DNA from: Coriobacteriia bacterium
Lineage (GTDB): Bacteria > Actinomycetota > Coriobacteriia > Anaerosomatales > JAGXFU01
Length of the DNA stretch: 43,720 nucleotides
NCBI GenBank assembly: GCA_041739935.1
Contig: JBGSMX010000274.1
Coordinates: 1 to 43,720, forward strand
Direction of reading: 5' to 3'
The position numbers and the translations under genes were made by a program. The notes beneath the pieces were generated by a model. The model saw nothing but the letters and a program-made list of their open reading frames with translations. It had not been told where the DNA came from and did not search any database. Shown piece by piece: positions 8,634 through 18,997 of the stretch (position 1 is its first letter; each line of letters starts with the position of its first letter).

Positions 8634-10892
8634 ATGATCCGGCCGATTCGTAGCATTCGTCGCAGCATGGCGCCGGTCGTCTCCCTGGCGATCGCCGTTG
8701 CCTTCGCTCTGCTCTGCGCTCAGTCGGCGTTTGCCGAGACCACATTCTCGATCACGGGGCACGGATTCGGTCACGGAATCGGGATGAGCCAGTACGGCGC
8801 GCGGGGCATGGCCGATCACGGGTGGAGTTACTCCAGTATTCTGCGCCACTACTATCAGGGTACGACCGTAGGCTCGCTTGGTTACACCGCGGGGTCGTCC
8901 TCGGAAACGATCATGCGTGTCGCCATCCAGAAGATCGATGCCGCGCAGGCATACTGGACCGCTCGCGCCAATGTCGGCGAGCTGTGGGTGAGCTGGGACG
9001 GGATGCCCGCCAACGGCTACCTGAAGTTCCCGGCGGGAACCTCGTACACGTTCTTCCGCTCCGGCGGCACGATCGCCGTGCGAGACCAGAACGGTGTCAC
9101 CCAAAAGAGCTTCACGGGCGCGGACTGGGTGCAGGTCTGGGAGCGCAACACGAGCGAACCCCGGTACGCCGGGCTCACACAGATCCTTCAGGCATCGGGG
9201 CCTTTTGACTGGCCCAACGTCTTGTACCGCGGCTCGATAGTCATAGAGAAGCAGACCTCGACGACGACCGGGATGTATGCGCGAAACCACGTGTACATGG
9301 AAGATTACGTGCGCTGCGTCGTTCCGCGAGAGTCCCCGGCCTTGTGGCCCGTCGAGTCACTCAAAGCACAGGCCGTCGCCGCGCGCTCCTATGCGTACGT
9401 GAGCCGCAAGGACTCGTCCTCCTACGACGTCTACTGCACGACCAGCTCACAGGTCTACAACGGGTGGGGCACCTGGGTATCGGGATCGGGCAATGTGAGG
9501 CATCTGGGTGACAGCGGCGTTGACCCTGCGGTGAACGCGACGCCTGCGCAGGTCGTGAAGTACGGCTCGACGGTGGTGCAGACGTTCTTCTTCTCCACCT
9601 CGGGTGGGCACACCGAAGACATCAGCAATGTGTGGCCGTCTTCGGCCCAGCAGCCGTACTACACGGGCGTCCCGGATCCCTACGAGCACGACGCGGGCTC
9701 CGCGTATCACAGCTGGGGGCCGTTCGTGTACACGGCGAGTCAGGTGCGCACGCAGCTACTCTCGGCCGGAATATCAGCGTCGAAGGTCCCGGTCATCATC
9801 ACCGACGTGCGCGTCACGAAACGTGGCGAATCCGGTCGGGTGATGGAACTGCAACTCATCGGTGTGGGAGAGTCGTACACCCTGTCGGGGTCGACCGAGA
9901 TGAATCGGGTCCGCAACGCGCTGTGCAAGTCGCGCGACACGTGGTTCTACGTTGATGCCATGAGCGACCGGGTGGAAGGCGACGACCGCTACGAGACCGC
10001 GGTCGAGATGAGCCGCGGATCGTTCTCCTCGGCGAGTAGTGTCGTTATCGCGAACGGGTCGAGCTACGCGGATGCGCTGACGGCCTCGGGTCTGGCGGGC
10101 GCGCTCAACGCGCCGGTGATGCTCACAAAGAAGGACTCACTGCCTGCCGAGGTCGCGGCGGAGATCGTGCGACTCGGTGCGACCAAAGCATACGTGGTCG
10201 GCGGCCTCGCGGTCGTGGGTGATGCTGCAATCTCCCAGCTCAGAGGCGTATCTGGGATAGGATCCAACGGAGTCGAGCGAATATCGGGAGTGGACAGGTA
10301 CGAGACCGGGCTAAGAATTGCCGAGAAGATCAAGGCCCTCAAGGGTTCTGGCTACAGCAATACGGCGATCGTGGTCTCCGGCACGAACTTCGCGGATGCC
10401 GTAGCCGCGGCTCCGTGGGCGTACCGTGCGGACACAGGCATCGTGCTCGTGCGCTCGGATGGCGCACCTGCTGCATCGAAGCTGGCCGTGCAGGCGCTTG
10501 GCGCCACCAGCGTTCAGGTTGTCGGTGGGCCCGCGGTGGTTCCGGATGCCGTTGCAGCTTCGCTCGGAGTCACCGTCAAGCGTGTTGCAAGCGGCTCCGA
10601 CAGATACGACACCGCCGCCATCCTTGCTTCATATCTGGTGCAGGCGGCGGGTTTCGAATGGGACACCACGCATGTTGCCTCCGGCATCTCTCTGGTGGAC
10701 GCTCTCGCCGGCGGTGCGTACGCCGGCCGAAACGGCGGACCGGTGATTTTCGCGACTCAGTACGCGCTGCCTTCGCCGAGCACTACCGCGCTCACCTCGC
10801 ACCGGCTGCTGATCGACCGGGTGCAGATCCTTGGCGGTCCGGGCGCGATCAACAATGTGGTCGAGGCGCGGATCGAGGAGTGCTTCGAGTGA
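8634..10892 (+). CDS. Secreted SpoIID/LytB-domain protein with three C-terminal CWB2-type cell-wall-binding repeats
   Basis: ATG 8634 is preceded by GGTAGGAGG. Signal peptide ...LLCAQSAFA. SpoIID motifs GHGFGHGIGMSQYGA, LKAQAVAARSYAY and FFFSTSGGHTED. Three ~90-aa repeats each start with DRYET/DRYDT. Confidence 0.8.
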   Translation: MIRPIRSIRRSMAPVVSLAIAVAFALLCAQSAFAETTFSITGHGFGHGIGMSQYGARGMADHGWSYSSILRHYYQGTTVGSLGYTAGSSSETIMRVAIQKIDAAQAYWTARANVGELWVSWDGMPANGYLKFPAGTSYTFFRSGGTIAVRDQNGVTQKSFTGADWVQVWERNTSEPRYAGLTQILQASGPFDWPNVLYRGSIVIEKQTSTTTGMYARNHVYMEDYVRCVVPRESPALWPVESLKAQAVAARSYAYVSRKDSSSYDVYCTTSSQVYNGWGTWVSGSGNVRHLGDSGVDPAVNATPAQVVKYGSTVVQTFFFSTSGGHTEDISNVWPSSAQQPYYTGVPDPYEHDAGSAYHSWGPFVYTASQVRTQLLSAGISASKVPVIITDVRVTKRGESGRVMELQLIGVGESYTLSGSTEMNRVRNALCKSRDTWFYVDAMSDRVEGDDRYETAVEMSRGSFSSASSVVIANGSSYADALTASGLAGALNAPVMLTKKDSLPAEVAAEIVRLGATKAYVVGGLAVVGDAAISQLRGVSGIGSNGVERISGVDRYETGLRIAEKIKALKGSGYSNTAIVVSGTNFADAVAAAPWAYRADTGIVLVRSDGAPAASKLAVQALGATSVQVVGGPAVVPDAVAASLGVTVKRVASGSDRYDTAAILASYLVQAAGFEWDTTHVASGISLVDALAGGAYAGRNGGPVIFATQYALPSPSTTALTSHRLLIDRVQILGGPGAINNVVEARIEECFE

Positions 10893-10975
10893 CGCCGGTC
10901 GCGCCGCTCTAAACGCCATCCGTGCTCCTGCCGATACCAGGGTTAGAGTCCTTTCGAGCGCTATGAGGTGTTTGT

Positions 10976-13336
10976 ATGCGAGCGTTGTTGCGAATAGCCG
11001 CCGCGGTCATCATGTTGGCCGCTACCATCACCTTCGCGCCGCCTGCGGCTCAAGCGGCGACGACTCTGTCGGTCGCAGTCGTCCAGACAGGTACGGCGCT
11101 CGGCACACGGCACTATTTGACGGGGACTTACCTCAACGGAGGGGGTAACTACGAGGCCCGCGTCGCCACTGTCGTGAACCTGATGAAGACCGAGTTCACC
11201 AATGTCGCCGTGATCGGGGACTCGCAGCTCGCGAGCCTGACCGAGCTGGAGAAGTACGACGTTGTCGTGTTCCCCAGAACGCTCACACTGACTTCGACTC
11301 AGAGAACAGCCGTGCTTCAGTACGTGTCCCGAGGCGGCGGCGTTGTGGGTTCGTTCGGCATGTCACGCTGGGCTCAAGACACGAGCAACAAGTACGGGTT
11401 CAAGCCCTTCTTGGGCATGTCCTCAGCGCCCGGTGTCTACCAGTGGCCCCCCAGCAGCGACGCGCTCAAGGTTTGGGAGTGGGGAGAGGTCTCGGAGCTG
11501 TATGGCGTGAAGTTCAATAACGACGCAGCGATGTACGCTCCGTGGCAAGCGGTTGGCAAGGCGGCCTCGGCGCATTGGATCCTTTCGCAGACCGCAAAGG
11601 ACCTGGGTCGCACCTCCGTCACTCTCAACGTCAAACTCACCGACTACTGCGAGACCTTGCTTACGCTTCCCGGTTCGACCGGGGTGACTCCGCTGTTCAC
11701 CTACGGTACGCGCACGAACTCAACGACTGCCGATGATGTGGCCAACGGGACCGCAGCAGCGGTCGCCAATCAGTATTACTTTGGCCGCTTCGTGTACTAC
11801 GGCTTCCAGTTGCACGACGTGATCGGCGTCGCGGCATCGACCACGGCGGACCAGCTGGCAGCGCAGCGGTTGTTCATAAACTCGGTGAAATGGGCGGCTG
11901 CGGCAAACTCCTACACCAATATGAACAAGCTCGTTTCGTTCGCCGGGAGGGGCTGGTCTTCGCGCGGTATCCTCTACGTCGAGCCGACGGTCTACAACGT
12001 AGGCAACGTCGCACTGCGTGGGCCGTTCAGCCTGGGCGTGTACACACCTTCGGGCGCGGCATTCGGCGGATATCAGGCCTACTCGCCCTACTCGGCGCCC
12101 TTGCCGCCGGGCGGCTCCTACACGCACGCTTCCTTCCAGGTGCCGGTGGGCACCTTGCCTCAGGCGGGGACATGGCGCGTGCGCATGGCGTACCGGTACT
12201 ACGACTACCTCCACGGGGGAACGGTCGAGACGTACCGCGACATGTACTTCTACTCTAACGGCAAGAGCATGAGCCTTCAGGCGCTCGGGCCTATCGTCCG
12301 TCCCATTGGCGCGCTTCCGGGCATCGGCACGCAGATCGCCGGAGCCGACCGCTACAAGACAGGCGTGGAGATATCCGAGCGCGGCTGGCCCAACGGCGTG
12401 AGTGGCAGCAAGGCAGTCATCCTGGCCACCGGGGCGAACTACCCGGACGCGCTCGCTGCTTCTTCGCTTGCCGGCAAGCTCGATGCACCGGTATTGCTCG
12501 TGAAGCCAACAGCACTACAGTCCGACGTCGCCAACGAGTTGAAGAGACTGTACTCGGGCGAGGCATCGGCGACGATCTACGTCACGGGAGGCGAAGCTGC
12601 CGTACCGGCCTCGATCGTCGCGCAGTACAGAAGCGTGCTGATCGCCGCCGGTACGAAGCAAGTGGAGATCAGGCGTCTCGAGGGCAACGATCGCTACGGG
12701 ACAGCGCTTGCAATCGCGCGTGAGGTCGGACCCGTGGAACGGGATACGTTCGAGCACACCGCGTTCATCGTGAGCGGGACGAACTACCCCGATGCGCTGG
12801 CAATCAGCCCCCTTGCAGCCGCAGAGGGAGTGCCGATCCTGCCGGTGAAGGGTACCGTCGTTCCTGCCGCGATTCAGACCGCGCTCGAAGAGCTGGAGAT
12901 CGAGCACTGCGTCATCATGGGTGACACGGGGGTCGTGAGCACGACCGTCGAGGGCTGGCTCGAGAGCAATGGCTACCGGGTGAACGGTGCGGCGCCTGGC
13001 GCTGCCAGCGTCGATACGCGGCTGGGTGGGGCCAACCGGTACGACACCACGCTGTTGGCGGTGCGCTACTCGGCGCAGATGGGTGACTTCGACGATTCGA
13101 CCACCTACATCGCGACCGGCACTAACTGGCCCGATGCCCTGGCGCTGGCTCCGCTTGCCGGAATGGGTCGCCACCCGCTCGTACTCATCAACGGCGCCGA
13201 GATCGGCAAGTCGCTATCGGTCGCCGAGTATCTGGTCGCCCGTCAGGCCGATCCGCCTACCGTCGCCTTCATAGGCGGAGACGGCGCGATCACTCCGTAC
13301 GTGCGTGGTCAGGTCCGGGTGGCACTGGGTCAGTAA
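10976..13336 (+). CDS. Secreted protein with a GATase1/ThuA-like N-terminal region, unknown middle domains and three C-terminal CWB2-type repeats
   Basis: Signal peptide (MRALLRIAAAVIMLAATITFAPPAAQA). The segment VAVIGDSQL..YDVVVFPR...YVSRGGGVVGSFG suggests a class-I amidotransferase-like fold. Three repeats begin ADRYKT, NDRYGT and ANRYDT and carry the G.NYPDALA..PLA...P(I/V)L pattern. Confidence 0.7.
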   Translation: MRALLRIAAAVIMLAATITFAPPAAQAATTLSVAVVQTGTALGTRHYLTGTYLNGGGNYEARVATVVNLMKTEFTNVAVIGDSQLASLTELEKYDVVVFPRTLTLTSTQRTAVLQYVSRGGGVVGSFGMSRWAQDTSNKYGFKPFLGMSSAPGVYQWPPSSDALKVWEWGEVSELYGVKFNNDAAMYAPWQAVGKAASAHWILSQTAKDLGRTSVTLNVKLTDYCETLLTLPGSTGVTPLFTYGTRTNSTTADDVANGTAAAVANQYYFGRFVYYGFQLHDVIGVAASTTADQLAAQRLFINSVKWAAAANSYTNMNKLVSFAGRGWSSRGILYVEPTVYNVGNVALRGPFSLGVYTPSGAAFGGYQAYSPYSAPLPPGGSYTHASFQVPVGTLPQAGTWRVRMAYRYYDYLHGGTVETYRDMYFYSNGKSMSLQALGPIVRPIGALPGIGTQIAGADRYKTGVEISERGWPNGVSGSKAVILATGANYPDALAASSLAGKLDAPVLLVKPTALQSDVANELKRLYSGEASATIYVTGGEAAVPASIVAQYRSVLIAAGTKQVEIRRLEGNDRYGTALAIAREVGPVERDTFEHTAFIVSGTNYPDALAISPLAAAEGVPILPVKGTVVPAAIQTALEELEIEHCVIMGDTGVVSTTVEGWLESNGYRVNGAAPGAASVDTRLGGANRYDTTLLAVRYSAQMGDFDDSTTYIATGTNWPDALALAPLAGMGRHPLVLINGAEIGKSLSVAEYLVARQADPPTVAFIGGDGAITPYVRGQVRVALGQ

Positions 13337-13384
13337 CGCACGCGTAACGCTGTTGTACGCTCTGTGCCTGCTGGCATAGACTCT

Positions 13385-13413
13385 GGGGGGTTCGCATTCG
13401 GTGCGAACCCCCC
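13385..13413 (+). terminator. Rho-independent-type terminator hairpin after the 10976-13336 gene
   Basis: Perfect 12-bp stem GGGGGGTTCGCA / TGCGAACCCCCC (13385-13396 and 13402-13413) with a 5-nt loop. A T-containing tract, tgctcgttcg, follows. Confidence 0.6.
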
Positions 13414-13437
13414 TGCTCGTTCGTGACGGGAGTGTGA

Positions 13438-13902
13438 ATGAGCGCGACCCGCCAAGACCCTCGACTGACAGCACTCGTGGTGCTTGCCGTGCTCGCTGTA
13501 GGCGGGGGGCTTGCGCTGGGCTTCCTCGGCGTGGGCTCTCAGCTCGCCGAGCAGCGTACGGTGAACGTCACCGTACTCGTCCCCGACATCCAGGAGGAAG
13601 CAGCCCGCACCGTGAAGGTGGGGGACTCGATCTTCACCGATGCCGGCGGCATGGAGATCGGCACGGTCATCGAGGTCGATGCCGGACCGGATATCATCTC
13701 GGTGGCCGACGCCCAAGGCGAGCTACACGCACGGGAGAATCCCGTCAGGTGGCGGGTCAGGGCCGTGATCGAGACCACTGGCCGGCAGAGCGAAGATATC
13801 GTCGCCATCGATAACCAGGTCGTGCAGGCGGGTTCGTTCTTCGCGCTGATATCTCGCGACTACTACCTCAAGGGCACGGTGGTGTCGGTCGATGTCCGCT
13901 AA
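13438..13902 (+). CDS. Single-pass membrane protein, DUF4330-like (paralog of 15235-15690)
   Basis: GGGAG lies 6 nt upstream of the ATG. N-terminal TM helix (LTALVVLAVLAVGGGLALGFL) followed by a ~115-aa beta-rich domain. It shares the motif DAQGELHA..(N/S)PV with the downstream paralog. Confidence 0.6.
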   Translation: MSATRQDPRLTALVVLAVLAVGGGLALGFLGVGSQLAEQRTVNVTVLVPDIQEEAARTVKVGDSIFTDAGGMEIGTVIEVDAGPDIISVADAQGELHARENPVRWRVRAVIETTGRQSEDIVAIDNQVVQAGSFFALISRDYYLKGTVVSVDVR

Positions 13903-15238
13903 CCCCGATACGACTTCGGTCGCGGTCCGCACGTGGCCGCTTACCAGAACGCTTTTCTCGCCGTTCGCGATGCTCCTCTACGTCTACGTCGTCTATTTTG
14001 CCGTCACCTACTCGCGTATCTACGAGTACGTCTACTGGGAACTCATGAACCTGGGGACGCGCATCATAGGGTTCCATCCAAGCTTTGAGACCCTCGCGCT
14101 CTACGTATGGGGCGCGGTCGTGCTGGGCTTCGGGTTCGTAGCCGGCTCGCTGTTTGCCGGGCGCATCGAGCGCCGTGCCGAGGAGCCGGCTGTCCCGTGG
14201 AGAACCCGGCTCGTGACGACCGTGGGCCGTGTTCGTGACGCGGCCGAAGCACTGCCCGTCGTGCGCACGCTGGGATTGGGCTTCACGCTGTCGCTTCTGG
14301 GCTGGGGCGTGGGTATCGGCGCCAACGCTGCACAGATCGTCGCATCGGGCGGCATCAGCCTCACGGACATCGCGAGTCGCTGGGCACAAAGCCCCGTGCT
14401 CGTGTGGCTCGCCGCATCGCAGATATTCTTCGTACCCGCCCTCCTGGTGAGTGCTCGCGGCCGATGGCAGCGCGCGTTCGCCTCGGCCGCTTTCGTGATC
14501 TCGATTCTTGCGCTCGGGCTTCTGGGAGCGCGCAACCTGCCGGCCAAGCTCGTCGTCTCCGGCTTCCTGGCGATTGTCTATGTCGTGCAGCCCAAGACCA
14601 TAGTGCGTCTGGCGGTGGTCTTTCTGGTGCTGCTCGTCTTGGCGATGGGCATCATCGGCTCGATCACGAAGTCAGGCATCTACGGCCCGTCAGCGACGGC
14701 GGGGCTCGCGGTGGCTCTGACTTATTCGGATAGCGTCGGCACGTCGTACAACCTCGACCGAATCGTGCGGCTGACACCGCCAACCGGAATCTACGGCGGG
14801 CGCCTTCTCTACGACAGCTTCCTGGCACTGATTCCCGGTATAGACGCCGAGTACGCCAACTATCAGCTGGGACGCTACCTGGGCGGCCGCGAGGGATTCG
14901 TGATCGGCGAGGAGAACATCGAACGCTCGGTGAGCCTGGCGCCCACGTTACTCGGCGCGCCGTATGCGGATTGGGGAGTGCCCGGTACCGCTGCGCAGAT
15001 GCTGCTACTGGGAGGGCTCTTCGGGTACCTGCAGCACCGGGCGCGGCGCACGCTGTTGCTGCTCCCGTTCCTGGTCACCATGGCCAGTTACGTCATTAAC
15101 GGCGTGAACGCGGGCGTGCACAACCCTCACGCGATCGCCACTATCTTGCTCGCCATTTTCGTTGTGCTTGCCGATATGGCCGTGATCGCGCGAGTCTCGA
15201 TACCGACCATGACCAATGACGAGGTGTCTGCCGCATGA
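13892..15238 (+). CDS. Polytopic membrane protein, candidate oligosaccharide repeat-unit polymerase (Wzy-like)
   Basis: 448 aa with at least 10 hydrophobic helices by eye and no soluble domain. It lies among glycan genes and overlaps both neighbours (11-nt overlap at the 5' end, ATGA at the 3' end). The family call comes from context only. Confidence 0.4.
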   Translation: MSANPDTTSVAVRTWPLTRTLFSPFAMLLYVYVVYFAVTYSRIYEYVYWELMNLGTRIIGFHPSFETLALYVWGAVVLGFGFVAGSLFAGRIERRAEEPAVPWRTRLVTTVGRVRDAAEALPVVRTLGLGFTLSLLGWGVGIGANAAQIVASGGISLTDIASRWAQSPVLVWLAASQIFFVPALLVSARGRWQRAFASAAFVISILALGLLGARNLPAKLVVSGFLAIVYVVQPKTIVRLAVVFLVLLVLAMGIIGSITKSGIYGPSATAGLAVALTYSDSVGTSYNLDRIVRLTPPTGIYGGRLLYDSFLALIPGIDAEYANYQLGRYLGGREGFVIGEENIERSVSLAPTLLGAPYADWGVPGTAAQMLLLGGLFGYLQHRARRTLLLLPFLVTMASYVINGVNAGVHNPHAIATILLAIFVVLADMAVIARVSIPTMTNDEVSAA

Positions 15239-15690
15239 AACGAATTCTGATTGCCACCCTGATAGTGCTCGCGTTCGCGCTCAGCGGCTGCGGCGGCTCG
15301 ACGTCCGGGACTGGCGGCACCGCCGAGCCGCAGCTCCAGAATGTGGAGCTGGTGATGTTGATCCGTGCCGCCCAGCCGGAGATCGGCGACTCGTTCAAAC
15401 AGGGGCAGCCGGTTCGGGTCAAGGATACAGGTACGCTGCTGGGCGAGATCACCGATGTGCGCGTCGAGGAGTCGCTTGCCGCGATTCCGGATGCCCAAGG
15501 TGAGCTGCACGCGGCGCGTTCTCCCGTTCTTGTGGACATCTGGATCACAATCGAGGGTCAGGCCAACGTGAGCGACAGCGGGTTCCAATTCGGCAGCGAG
15601 TACGTGTACGTCAACAACGACATTCGCTACCTCACCCCGCTTGCGCAGTTCGCCGGCATCATCACCCGGATGAAAGTGGCCGGCCAGTAG
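15235..15690 (+). CDS. Lipoprotein, DUF4330-like (paralog of 13438-13902)
   Basis: Signal peptide with lipobox (LAFALSGC). The beta-rich domain aligns by eye with the 13438 product, including IPDAQGELHAARSPV. The ATG overlaps the upstream TGA. Confidence 0.6.
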   Translation: MKRILIATLIVLAFALSGCGGSTSGTGGTAEPQLQNVELVMLIRAAQPEIGDSFKQGQPVRVKDTGTLLGEITDVRVEESLAAIPDAQGELHAARSPVLVDIWITIEGQANVSDSGFQFGSEYVYVNNDIRYLTPLAQFAGIITRMKVAGQ

Positions 15691-15691
15691 C

Positions 15692-16837
15692 GTGGACTCT
15701 CAGGCGGAAACCGGCTCGCAGCCGTCGTCGCTGCGCATCCTGCTGCTCTCGAACATGTGGCCCTCGCCGGGCTCACCCGTATTCGGGTCGTTCGTGGCCA
15801 GGCAGGTCGAGGGGCTGCGTGCCGCCGGTGCGAGCGTCACCGTAGTGGCCAACTCCGATCGTCGCCGAGGAGTTCTGCGCTCGGCGCTGAAGTACGCCTC
15901 GCTCGCGCGACGCACGCGGGCGGTAGCGCGCACGGGGGAGTTCGACGTGGTCGTTGGCCACTATCTGTACCCGACGGCGTCGTTCGCGTTTGATGCCGTA
16001 CGGCGCTTGCGCGTCCCGCTGGTGCTGGTCTCGCACGGGACAGATGCGCGCTCGGTCATGCGCGACGACCGCTTCGGGCGCGCCGGGCGCGAGGCGCTCG
16101 GGAACGCCAGCCTCGTGATTGCGGTGTCGGACTCGCTGCGTGGCACCTTGCGAACCGATGTGGGTGTCCCTCCCGGTGTGCCGATCGAGGTTGTGAACAT
16201 GGGCTTTGACGACGAGCTCTTCGCACCCGATCCCGGCGCGCGCGAGACTCTCAAGCTCGAAGTCGGGGAGCGCATCGTGCTCTACGCCGGCAACCTCGAG
16301 CACGTCAAAGGCGTGGACGTCTTGTTCGAGGCGTTCGTGCACTTGCTCGATGAGGGTCGCGCCGACCGACTCGTGCTGGTGGGCGCTGGCACGCTTGGTG
16401 CCTCGATACATGTGCGAATCGAGGAGCTTGCCGCCGATGACGTGCACGCCGACCCGACCGATCGCGTTACCCTGACCGGCGAACTCGAGCAGCGTGATCT
16501 GGCCCGATGGATGGCCGCCGCCGACGTGTTTGCGTTGCCCAGTCGTTCCGAGGGGCTGGGGCTGGTCTTGCTCGAGGCGATGGCGTGCGGGACGCCATGT
16601 GTGGCCAGCCTGGTGGGCGGTATTCCCGAGATACTGGACGACACATGCGGCACACTCGTTCCCGCCGAGGACCCGCGTGCGCTGGCCACCGCGATAGCGG
16701 ATGTGCTCGCATCGGGTAAGGACACCTTCAGGGATGCGTGCATCGAGCGCGCGTCGGCACATACGTCGTCAGCGAAAGCACGGGAGTTCCTGGCGCACGT
16801 CGAGAAGGTGGTGGGAAGCGATGGATCCCAAAGCTGA
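15692..16837 (+). CDS. Glycosyltransferase family 4 (GT-B, retaining)
   Basis: N-terminus LRILLLSNMWPSPGSP and the C-terminal E-x7-E region LPSRSEGLGLVLLEAMACGTPCVAS. GTG start at 15692. Confidence 0.85.
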   Translation: MDSQAETGSQPSSLRILLLSNMWPSPGSPVFGSFVARQVEGLRAAGASVTVVANSDRRRGVLRSALKYASLARRTRAVARTGEFDVVVGHYLYPTASFAFDAVRRLRVPLVLVSHGTDARSVMRDDRFGRAGREALGNASLVIAVSDSLRGTLRTDVGVPPGVPIEVVNMGFDDELFAPDPGARETLKLEVGERIVLYAGNLEHVKGVDVLFEAFVHLLDEGRADRLVLVGAGTLGASIHVRIEELAADDVHADPTDRVTLTGELEQRDLARWMAAADVFALPSRSEGLGLVLLEAMACGTPCVASLVGGIPEILDDTCGTLVPAEDPRALATAIADVLASGKDTFRDACIERASAHTSSAKAREFLAHVEKVVGSDGSQS

Positions 16838-17654
16838 GGCTGCACGGCGATATGCCGAGGCTGTCGACGCCGCGGAGGCGCTGAAGGCCGCGTCATCCGG
16901 AGTGAGCCCGAGCGTGCTGGTGGTTCTCGGCAGTGGGCTTGAAGGTGTGGTGAACGACATGGACGTCGTCTCGTCTTTGCCGTTCTCCGAAGTCCCCGGA
17001 TTTCCCGAGCCCACCGTCGAAGGGCACGCGGGCCGATTTGTCTTCGGTCATGCGGGCCGCACTCCGGTGCTGGCGATGCAGGGGCGGTTTCACCTGTACG
17101 AGGGGCATCCGGTCGCCAAACTCGCTCTGCCGGTGCGCGCGGCTCGAGTGCTGGGCTGCGACACGTTCGTGGTCACCAACGCCGCCGGAGGCGTGAACCC
17201 GGATTACGCTCCCGGCGACATCATGCTTATCGAGGATCATCTGAACCTGATGTTCACCAACCCGCTGCTCGGCCCTAACGTGGACGAGCTGGGACCCCGG
17301 TTCCCGGGCATGGTGGACGCATACACGCCCGGGCTGCGCGAACTTGCCGTCGACGTCGCTCGCGAGCTGGAGATTGAGCTGGAGCGCGGCGTATACGCGG
17401 GTCTGCGGGGCCCAACCTTCGAGACGCCCGCCGAGGTGCGCATGCTACGGGGTATGGGCGCGGATGCCGTGGGGATGTCGACGGTTCCCGAGGTTATCGC
17501 CGCGGCGCACGCGGGGATGCGAGTCCTGGGCTTCTCGCTCATTACGAATGTGGCGGCAGGCTCGGGCCACGGGCATGCCGAAGTCCTCGAGACATCGGCT
17601 CGAAAAGCGCCCCTCATGGCGCATCTGGTGGCTGGTATACTGACTCGTCTGTAA
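16821..17654 (+). CDS. punA: Purine nucleoside phosphorylase, PunA type (trimeric PNP/MTAP family)
   Basis: Motifs LGSGL, GFPEPTVEGHAGRFVFG, MQGRFHLYEGH, VTNAAGG, GPTFETPAE and MSTVPEV. ATG 16821 overlaps the GT4 stop. The ORF opens further upstream at 16701. Confidence 0.8.
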   Translation: MDPKAEAARRYAEAVDAAEALKAASSGVSPSVLVVLGSGLEGVVNDMDVVSSLPFSEVPGFPEPTVEGHAGRFVFGHAGRTPVLAMQGRFHLYEGHPVAKLALPVRAARVLGCDTFVVTNAAGGVNPDYAPGDIMLIEDHLNLMFTNPLLGPNVDELGPRFPGMVDAYTPGLRELAVDVARELEIELERGVYAGLRGPTFETPAEVRMLRGMGADAVGMSTVPEVIAAAHAGMRVLGFSLITNVAAGSGHGHAEVLETSARKAPLMAHLVAGILTRL

Positions 17655-18965
<1,311 letters not shown>

Positions 18966-18997
18966 GTACGCACCCCACACGGAGGTAAATCGAACCG

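Noticed and set aside
16821-17654. Calling the phosphorylase MtnP (MTA phosphorylase) because it sits next to mtnA.
   Set aside because: The sequence motifs (PTVEGHAG, MQGRFHLYEGH) are PunA-type rather than MtnP-type. The context is suggestive only, so I kept the purine nucleoside phosphorylase call and noted the context as a question.
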